Below, in pieces: positions 56,064-62,244 of a stretch of DNA of 62,244 nt; position 1 is the first letter of the stretch; every line of letters starts with the position of its first letter. The DNA comes from a virus (lineage: Duplodnaviria; Caudoviricetes), in the IMG/VR virus record IMGVR_UViG_3300021478_000003, positions 1-62,244 of that record; one strand, 5' to 3'. The notes beneath the pieces are model-generated. The model saw nothing but the letters and a program-made list of their open reading frames with translations. It ran no database searches and was not told where the DNA came from. The translations under genes and the position numbers were made by a program.

Positions 56064-56759
56064 ATGGCCCGACCACTCCCGTGGAGTCACAGCGCGCTCG
56101 ACAGCTTCACGACTTGCCCTCGGCAGTACGAAGAGGTCAAGGTGCTGCGAAACTTCCAAGACCTGAAAAACCCTAACTCGCTTTGGGGTGACGCCTTCCA
56201 CAAGGCAGCAGAACTATTCATCCGCAACACCATTGACGGCGTGCTGGCGTCGATGCCAGGCGACATGACGAAGTACATACCGTACTTGATGGAGTTCGTG
56301 GATCGCCCGGGCATCACGCAGGTGGAGCGCAAGTACGGCCTGAACATCAAGCTGCAGTCGGTGGATTTCTTCGACAAGGACATCTGGCTGCGCGCTGTGC
56401 TGGACGTGGAGACGCTGCACGGCACAACGGCTTGGGTGGACGACCACAAGACCGGTCTGAAGCGCAAGAAGGATATGCAGCAGCTCATCATATTCGCGCT
56501 ACAAACATTCTATCACCACCCGCAGATCAACACGGTCCATGTGTCGTATCGGTGGGTCAAGCTGGGCGCGATGGATGTCGAGACGTTCTATCGGCACCAG
56601 ATACCTGAGATGTGGGAGACGCTTGTGCCACGGCTGAAGAACTACCAACATGCGTTCCATGTCGGTGTGTTCAACCCAAACCCCTCCGGCCTGTGCATCG
56701 CGCACTGCCCTGTTACCACGTGCGAGTTCTGGGGGGTGGGGAAAGGGAAGCGGCGATGA
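56064..56759 (+). CDS. PD-(D/E)xK exonuclease (RecB/Cas4-like)
   Basis: WSHS.L..F.TCPRQY, G..FH, E, D, DHKTG, QL; C-terminal C..CP..C. Confidence 0.85.
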   Translation: MARPLPWSHSALDSFTTCPRQYEEVKVLRNFQDLKNPNSLWGDAFHKAAELFIRNTIDGVLASMPGDMTKYIPYLMEFVDRPGITQVERKYGLNIKLQSVDFFDKDIWLRAVLDVETLHGTTAWVDDHKTGLKRKKDMQQLIIFALQTFYHHPQINTVHVSYRWVKLGAMDVETFYRHQIPEMWETLVPRLKNYQHAFHVGVFNPNPSGLCIAHCPVTTCEFWGVGKGKRR

Positions 56760-57028
56760 GCATGACACGCGAGGAATGCGAGATACACTTGCGATTGCTA
56801 GGGTGGTATCCAGCGTGCATGACGTCAGCAAATAGCTGCTACCGAAGCTGCTACGGATGGGCGCATAAAGGCCGTGTGGGTCGCGGCATAGATCATCTCG
56901 GGAATCTATTCTATATGGCGATGGGTGCGGCTGAACCTGCTGACGCCACCATAGCGGCGTGCCATATCGACAGGGTTCAGTTCGCCACCATTTATGTTGA
57001 CATCGTTCACCTGGCAGAAGACCTATGA
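56756..57028 (+). CDS. LxLxG paralog family member inserted in the replication module
   Basis: ATGA-coupled at both ends; MTREECEIHLRLLGWYP. Confidence 0.62.
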   Translation: MSMTREECEIHLRLLGWYPACMTSANSCYRSCYGWAHKGRVGRGIDHLGNLFYMAMGAAEPADATIAACHIDRVQFATIYVDIVHLAEDL

Positions 57029-57324
57029 CCACCCCCGAAGGTAAGATGAAGGACAAGATCAAGAAGCTGCTGCATCGCTATAAGGTCTACTTCCACATGC
57101 CAGTGCAGAACGGGATGGGCGCACCGACACTGGACTTCATCTGCTGCCACTGGGGATTCTATATCGGCATTGAAGCCAAGGCTCCGAAGAAAGACCTGAC
57201 GGATCGCCAGTACATAACGAAGGGGGAAATAGAGAACGCGGGCGGGATCGTGCTACGCGTGAGCAGCGACGAAGAACTAGACATACTCGAATGTTATTTA
57301 CAAATCTTGGAGCCATCACCATGA
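57025..57324 (+). CDS. VRR-NUC nuclease (Holliday junction resolvase-like)
   Basis: TPEGK.K, G..GAP..DF, IEAKA, T.RQ, AGG. Confidence 0.85.
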   Translation: MTTPEGKMKDKIKKLLHRYKVYFHMPVQNGMGAPTLDFICCHWGFYIGIEAKAPKKDLTDRQYITKGEIENAGGIVLRVSSDEELDILECYLQILEPSP

Positions 57325-58202
57325 AGCAGGAATATCGATTCAAAGCGTTTCAAGCGGCGACGCTGACCATGCTGGATACCATCAACGATATCGTGGAAGA
57401 CTATGAGAGCCAAGGCTTTCGTCTCACGGTGCGGCAGCTCTACTATCAACTGGTTGCCAAGGACATTATCCCCAACACCTTGCAGGAGTATAAGCGCATC
57501 GCGTCGATCATCAACGATGGCAAGGAAGCGGGCTTGGTGGACTGGGACGCGATTGAAGACCGCACCCGCGACTTCGTGCGGCAGCAGCGCTGGATCAACG
57601 CCAAGCAAATTCTGGAAGCGTCGGTCAGCAGCTACCGCAAGGACTTATGGGTCGAGCAGGAATCACGTGTGTTCGTCATCGTGGAAAAGGAAGCGCTGGT
57701 CGGTGTACTGGAACCTACCTGCCACAAGTATGACGTACCACTACTGGCTGCTCGCGGCTACCCGTCCGGCACTGTGCTGCGTGAGTTCGCTCAATCCGAT
57801 CTGATCCAGTGTATCGAAGACGGCCAAGTGCCGGTTATCCTGCACCTGGGCGACCATGACCCAAGCGGTCTCGATATGACCCGCGATCTGCGTGAGCGCA
57901 TCAGCATGTTCGCCGAGAGCGGGGACGTGGAGCTGCGTCGCATCGCACTGAACATGCACCAGATACAAGCGCTCAAGCCGCCAGAAAATCCGGCCAAGGT
58001 AACGGACTCGCGCTTCACCGATTACGCCAAGCAGTACGGCACAAAGAGCTGGGAATTGGATGCGCTCAGTCCGAGTTTCCTGGCAAACTTGTTGGAGAAC
58101 GAGATCACCCAGTACATCAACTGGACCCCGTGGCGCGCTATCGAAGCAGAAGTTGCAGCGACCAAGGCAAAGATCGTCAAGCTGGCCGCGCAGTTCAAGT
58201 AA
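57321..58202 (+). CDS. TopoVI-A/Spo11-like winged-helix plus Toprim protein
   Basis: LTVRQLYY (candidate catalytic Tyr), IVEKEAL (Toprim Glu), RGYPS, LGDHDPSG (DxD), WELDAL. Confidence 0.78.
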   Translation: MKQEYRFKAFQAATLTMLDTINDIVEDYESQGFRLTVRQLYYQLVAKDIIPNTLQEYKRIASIINDGKEAGLVDWDAIEDRTRDFVRQQRWINAKQILEASVSSYRKDLWVEQESRVFVIVEKEALVGVLEPTCHKYDVPLLAARGYPSGTVLREFAQSDLIQCIEDGQVPVILHLGDHDPSGLDMTRDLRERISMFAESGDVELRRIALNMHQIQALKPPENPAKVTDSRFTDYAKQYGTKSWELDALSPSFLANLLENEITQYINWTPWRAIEAEVAATKAKIVKLAAQFK

Positions 58203-58235
58203 AATACCTGCACCTCCAGACTTCAGGAAAACAAA

Positions 58236-59831
58236 ATGATCGTCCATAAAGCAACGAAGTCTTTGCTGTTGAAACTGAAGCCAGAACTAGTCGCGCAGAT
58301 CAGGGGCATTTTCCCGCAGCACTCCATGGCACTGGACTACCTTGGCCACAACTTGGCGGTCAAGCATGAGCTGCACGTCATCAAGGTGCTGCGCAATATG
58401 GGGATCAAGGCTCCGTCGCCGATCCGCTATTACTATAACTGGCCACGGCCGTCGCGCTTCGCTGAAGTGTTTGACCATCAGTATGCGACGGCCGATTTTC
58501 TGACGATGTACAAGAAGTGCTTCGTGCTGAACGAGATGGGCACCAGCAAGACCGCCTCCATCTTGTGGGCGGCCGACTACCTGATGAAGCTGGGCCTCAT
58601 CAAGCGTGTGCTGATCGTCACCACGATGTCGACCATGACGGACGTGTGGGTCAACGAACTGTTCGACGTGTGTATGCATAGAAGTTGTACGGTGCTACAA
58701 GGTGCGGCAGATCGGCGCAAGGAAAAGCTCGCGCTCAAGTCCGACTTCTACATCATCAACCACGACGCGCTGCGTATCGTCCAAAAGGAAATTCTCGGTC
58801 GCGAAGACATCGACCTCATCATCGTGGACGAAGCGGCCGAGTATCGCAACGCCGACACCGAGCGCTACGCTGTGCTCAAGCGTGTGACAGCCAAGAAAAA
58901 ACTGTGGCTCGCTACCGGTGCACCGTGCCCGAACGCGCCGACCGATGCGTGGGCGCTGGCCCGTCTGGTGGACCCGTCGCGTGTGCCTGCGCACTTCAAC
59001 ACGTTCAAGCGCATGACGATGTATCAGGTGACGCAGTACCGCTGGCTGCCTAAGCCAGGCTCGCACGAGATCGCCTACAACGCGATGCAGCCGGCGATCA
59101 GGTTCAAGAAGTCCGAGTGTCTGAACCTGCCTGCGGTGCTGTACACGAACCGGAGCTGCGACTTATCGCCTGAGCAGAAGGTAGCGTATGCGGCCATGAA
59201 GACGCACCTTGTGGCCGAGGCCGGTAACATCAAGATCACGGCAGTCAACGCGGCCGACAAGATCGGCAAGCTGCGGCAGATTCTGTGCGGCGCGGTCAAG
59301 GACAAGGTGACGGGCGAGTACATCATTATCCCGCATGGCCCACGCCTCAAGGTGTTGATAGAAACGATTCAGCAGTCCAATGCCAAGGTGCTTATCATCG
59401 TGCCGTTCAAGGGTATCCTGCGGGCGCTGGCCGATGAGCTGCAGGCCTGGCACGACTCGAATGGCAAGGGCGGCGACGGCCGGCGTGTCGAGATCGTCAA
59501 CGGCGACATCACCCCCAAGGAGCGCACGCGTATCTTCAGCGAGTTCAAGAACGACGCGTCGCTGACCGAGCTGGTCTGCCACCCTAGGGTCATGGCCCAT
59601 GGCCTGAACTTGATCGAAGCTGACATGGTGATCTTCTACGCGCCGATCCATTCCAATGACCAAGACGCCCAGGTGCGTAATCGCATCGACCGTCCCGGCC
59701 AGACCAAGAGCATGACCATCGCTCGCATCGCGGCGAACGCTATGGAGCGTGCGATCTACGATATCGTGGAGCAGAAGTCGGTGACGCAGGAATCCATCCT
59801 GTCACTTTATAAAAAGGAGTTGCAGCTATGA
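58236..59831 (+). CDS. SNF2-family (SF2) helicase
   Basis: HQ, EMGTSKT, IVDEAA, TGAP, HGLNL, Q...RIDRPGQ. Confidence 0.88.
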   Translation: MIVHKATKSLLLKLKPELVAQIRGIFPQHSMALDYLGHNLAVKHELHVIKVLRNMGIKAPSPIRYYYNWPRPSRFAEVFDHQYATADFLTMYKKCFVLNEMGTSKTASILWAADYLMKLGLIKRVLIVTTMSTMTDVWVNELFDVCMHRSCTVLQGAADRRKEKLALKSDFYIINHDALRIVQKEILGREDIDLIIVDEAAEYRNADTERYAVLKRVTAKKKLWLATGAPCPNAPTDAWALARLVDPSRVPAHFNTFKRMTMYQVTQYRWLPKPGSHEIAYNAMQPAIRFKKSECLNLPAVLYTNRSCDLSPEQKVAYAAMKTHLVAEAGNIKITAVNAADKIGKLRQILCGAVKDKVTGEYIIIPHGPRLKVLIETIQQSNAKVLIIVPFKGILRALADELQAWHDSNGKGGDGRRVEIVNGDITPKERTRIFSEFKNDASLTELVCHPRVMAHGLNLIEADMVIFYAPIHSNDQDAQVRNRIDRPGQTKSMTIARIAANAMERAIYDIVEQKSVTQESILSLYKKELQL

Positions 59832-60025
59832 GTACCGAAGACAAAACAATCGTGATGCCTGCGAACTGTGCTTTCACCCGCGCCGCCGTGATCGACCATC
59901 TCATCACCATCACCTGCGGCGGCATGACCAAGGTGTGCAAGACGCCGGAAGACTGGGACTTGCGCGAGAAGAACATGCGTGAGTTCGCGGAGCTGCTTCT
60001 GGCTGACGGGATGCCACCAGCGTAG
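59828..60025 (+). CDS. Small hypothetical protein
   Basis: AAGGAG RBS; ATGA coupling. Confidence 0.6.
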   Translation: MSTEDKTIVMPANCAFTRAAVIDHLITITCGGMTKVCKTPEDWDLREKNMREFAELLLADGMPPA

Positions 60026-60028
60026 GGC

Positions 60029-60057
60029 TTGCGCCTATTTGCAACTATCCGTATAAT
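60029..60057 (+). promoter_or_regulatory. Sigma70-type promoter
   Basis: TTGCGC-N17-TATAAT; the spacer contains TTGCAACTAT. Confidence 0.75.
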
Positions 60058-60089
60058 ACTTACATGTGTTACTAATCAGGAGTAGTATC

Positions 60090-60539
60090 ATGGCAGCAGT
60101 CGGCAGGAAAGTACTGGAGCAGTACATGGCCAAGGTCAAGATGATGCCGGTCAACGAACAGGTCCGCTTCTACGTGGCCATCCGGGAGCGCAAGGCAGCG
60201 CTGACCAAGGCATACAAGGAAGAGCATTCAGAGTTCGACCAGCTCATGGATTGCGCTGCCGGCCACCTGCTGGCGCATACGATCCAGCAGAAGATCACCG
60301 GCTTCAAGTCGGAGTTCGGCACGGTGTACACGACTGAGGAAGTCAAGCTGTCCATCGCCGATCCGGTCCTCTTCAACGATTTTGTAATTGCGGAGGGCGA
60401 CATCAGTTTCTTGCAAGCCCGTCCTTCGCAGCAAGCGGTGGCCGACTACATGAAGGCCAATGACAATAAGGTGCCGCTCGGCCTCTCGATCTTCCGGGAG
60501 AACGTGGCACGCGTGAGAAAGCCAGGAGAGAAAGAATGA
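60090..60539 (+). CDS. Conserved-type phage replication-module protein
   Basis: Y..IR..K coiled coil, GTVY, F..FV, L..RP, P.G pattern typical upstream of SSB-like genes. Confidence 0.7.
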   Translation: MAAVGRKVLEQYMAKVKMMPVNEQVRFYVAIRERKAALTKAYKEEHSEFDQLMDCAAGHLLAHTIQQKITGFKSEFGTVYTTEEVKLSIADPVLFNDFVIAEGDISFLQARPSQQAVADYMKANDNKVPLGLSIFRENVARVRKPGEKE

Positions 60540-61093
60540 CTGAGAATAACCGAATCATGGTGGACATCGAGACGCTGGGCACTGACCCATTCTGCCCGAT
60601 CTTGTCCATCGGCGCATGCAACTTCGACCCGATGGTGGCCGACACCGAAGACCCAGTGGACCATGACAGCACGTTCTACGTGGCCATCACGCTTGAGTCC
60701 AACTTAGCTGCTGGCCTCAAGCCTAGCGCTGACACCATCAACTGGTGGATGACTGAGACCTCCGATGCGGCGCGCCAGGTGTTCAACGATCCACGCGCCG
60801 TATCGCTGGCCATGGGGCTGGATATGTTCACCGACTGGATCAACAGCCGGCCTGAGCTGATCTACGCGAACCCTCCACGCTTCGACATGGGCATCATCCA
60901 AGCGGCCTACAAGGCGCTGGGCAAGGAGATTCCATGGAGCTGGCGCAAGGAGCGGTGCTATCGCACCATCTGCTACCTGGCACCGGATGTGGTGACACCG
61001 CGCTTGACGGTGCACCATAACGCGCTGGACGATGCCAAGTACCAAGCGTACCATTTGACAGCCGTGTATCGGTCGCTGGGTCTCAAAGAGTAA
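60536..61093 (+). CDS. 3'-5' exonuclease, DEDDh (RNase AS/DUF5051-like)
   Basis: MVDIETLG, ILSIGA, T..WW, FD, HNALDDA.YQA. Confidence 0.85.
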   Translation: MTENNRIMVDIETLGTDPFCPILSIGACNFDPMVADTEDPVDHDSTFYVAITLESNLAAGLKPSADTINWWMTETSDAARQVFNDPRAVSLAMGLDMFTDWINSRPELIYANPPRFDMGIIQAAYKALGKEIPWSWRKERCYRTICYLAPDVVTPRLTVHHNALDDAKYQAYHLTAVYRSLGLKE

Positions 61094-61132
61094 CGTCACC
61101 GCAGTACAACCCTTCTCTCATAGGAAAAGAAA

Positions 61133-62244
61133 ATGCCTAACGAAATCATCCCCTTTAACTCGCTGCCGGTGACGGCCGGTGGCGACGTGGTTGTACCTAA
61201 GCACATCGCCGATGCCTTTGAAGGCGAGAGCAATATCGACGTGCGCGTCAGTATCGACCAGCTCTCTTACCGTGGCAAAGTATGGCGTCGCGTCGTCGGC
61301 GGCGAAGAAACGGTCATGACGAAACTGGACGCCGACAATGAGCGCGTCAACATGCAGTCCGTCAAGGTCGTCGTGCTGGCCCAGAACAAGGCCCGCTCGC
61401 GTTCGTTCTACGCAGGTGCCTACACCCCCGGCGAGAACAAGGCTCCTGACTGCTACTCGGCCGATGGCATCACTCCTGACAAGAGTGTGCAAGAGCCGTG
61501 CGCGGACAAGTGCGCCGAATGCCCGAACGCGGTGAAGGGTTCCAAGATCACCGATAACGGTAAGGGTACAACTGCTTGCTCGGTGTTCAAGCGTCTGGCC
61601 ATCGTGCCAGGTGGCGTCGCCGGTATCTCGAAGCACCCTGTCATGCTGCTGCGCCTGGCCCAAACCTCCGTGTGGGACAAGGACGACGGCGCGAACGTGG
61701 CCGAAGGCTGGTATGCCTGGGACCAGTTCCAAGAGATGCTGAAGGCACGCGGCGCGAACCACAGTGCCCAGGTGGAAACCCACGTTAAGTTTGACAGCGC
61801 CGTGGAGTATCCGAAGCTGCTGTTCTCCACAAAGCGTTGGCTGTCGGAAGACGAAGTGATGGCGGCCAAGGCGCGCATTAAGTCCGACCAAACCGTCATC
61901 GGCAACATCCTGACGGGCGGCGACCGCGACGGCGTGGCAGGCACTGGTGCCACCAAGGCTATCGCAGCGCCGAAGCCGGCCGCTGAAGATGACGGCTTCG
62001 GTCAGGTGGCCAACAAGCCGAGCGCCGCTGCAGCATTGGCCGAAGCTGAAGCCAATGAGGAAGCTGCAGCGCTGGCGGCCACCGCAGCCGACAAGAAAGC
62101 CAAGGCGCAGGCTAGGCTGGTGAAGGCAGCCAAGGATGCTGAGAAGACAGCTGAGACCGCACGGATCGCAGCGGCCGCCGCAGCAGCGCCGATTGACGAC
62201 GATGACGGCGGCTTCGGCGAAGTGGCGGCACCGGCAGCCAAGAC
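61133..62244 (+). CDS. SSB/annealing-like replication protein, 5' part (continues at 21..153)
   Basis: ATG 61133 after AGGAAA, open to the window end. Cys cluster CYSADG..C..C.ECP...GS...AC and an Ala/Asp-rich tail. Missing from the ORF track because it spans the join. Confidence 0.65.
   Translation, partial: MPNEIIPFNSLPVTAGGDVVVPKHIADAFEGESNIDVRVSIDQLSYRGKVWRRVVGGEETVMTKLDADNERVNMQSVKVVVLAQNKARSRSFYAGAYTPGENKAPDCYSADGITPDKSVQEPCADKCAECPNAVKGSKITDNGKGTTACSVFKRLAIVPGGVAGISKHPVMLLRLAQTSVWDKDDGANVAEGWYAWDQFQEMLKARGANHSAQVETHVKFDSAVEYPKLLFSTKRWLSEDEVMAAKARIKSDQTVIGNILTGGDRDGVAGTGATKAIAAPKPAAEDDGFGQVANKPSAAAALAEAEANEEAAALAATAADKKAKAQARLVKAAKDAEKTAETARIAAAAAAAPIDDDDGGFGEVAAPAAK
62225..62244 (+). 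repeat. 20-nt terminal overlap identical to positions 1-20 (GCGGCACCGGCAGCCAAGAC)
   Basis: Exact match between the two ends, lying inside an ORF that reads through the join. Most likely an assembly circularisation overlap. Confidence 0.9.

Larger units (their letters stand above)
1..62244. mobile_element. Complete (circularly permuted) Caudoviricetes phage genome, podovirus-like
   Basis: Terminase, portal, capsid, lysis and replication modules are all present in two opposed arms. No tape measure, sheath or tube genes recognised. The ends overlap by 20 nt. Confidence 0.93.

Noticed and set aside
62225-62244. 20-nt end repeat as a biological direct terminal repeat or att site
   Set aside because: It falls mid-gene in the SSB-like ORF, which reads through the join. 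This is typical of assembly overlap.
1-62244. tRNA genes, integrase, DNA-modification clusters
   Set aside because: None recognised by eye; tRNAscan-SE and HMM searches are needed to exclude them formally.

Overview
The window looks like one complete, circularly assembled tailed dsDNA phage genome, probably podovirus-like and probably infecting a GC-rich proteobacterium (host is inference). The last 20 nt repeat the first 20 nt and an SSB-like gene reads in frame across the join. The minus arm (about 35.5 kb down to 5.0 kb) is the late operon: terminase, portal, scaffold, N4-gp56-family major capsid protein, adaptor/nozzle-type proteins, three probable ejection proteins (including a 1957-aa protein with HExxH), fibre/lectin-like proteins, and a holin/SLT endolysin/Rz with embedded Rz1 lysis cassette. 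The plus arm (36.3 kb through the join to 4.9 kb) holds many small early genes, a DUF3150-like/AAA+/vWA-metallopeptidase module and the replication genes (family A DNA polymerase, PD-(D/E)xK exonuclease, VRR-NUC, a solo TopoVI-A-like Toprim protein, SNF2-like helicase, DEDD exonuclease, SSB-like protein, HTH protein, primase-DUF927 helicase). I found no integrase, RNA polymerase, tRNA or CRISPR array. The most notable unexplained signals are in the early region: (1) about 11 diverged 76-183 aa paralogs sharing an 'LxLxG[WYF]' N-terminus and a 'W..h....h..F' C-terminal helix; (2) a 28-bp palindrome GACAnnTGGTYG-N4-CRACCAnnTGTC in 7 intergenic copies plus 1 degenerate copy; (3) a six-copy extended RBS ACTYGNTAGGAGA; (4) a (A)TAGTWRCA motif shared by sigma70 promoters and an 880-bp origin-like region; (5) a densely structured 390-nt leader. 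All family assignments come from motif recognition by eye, not from database searches.
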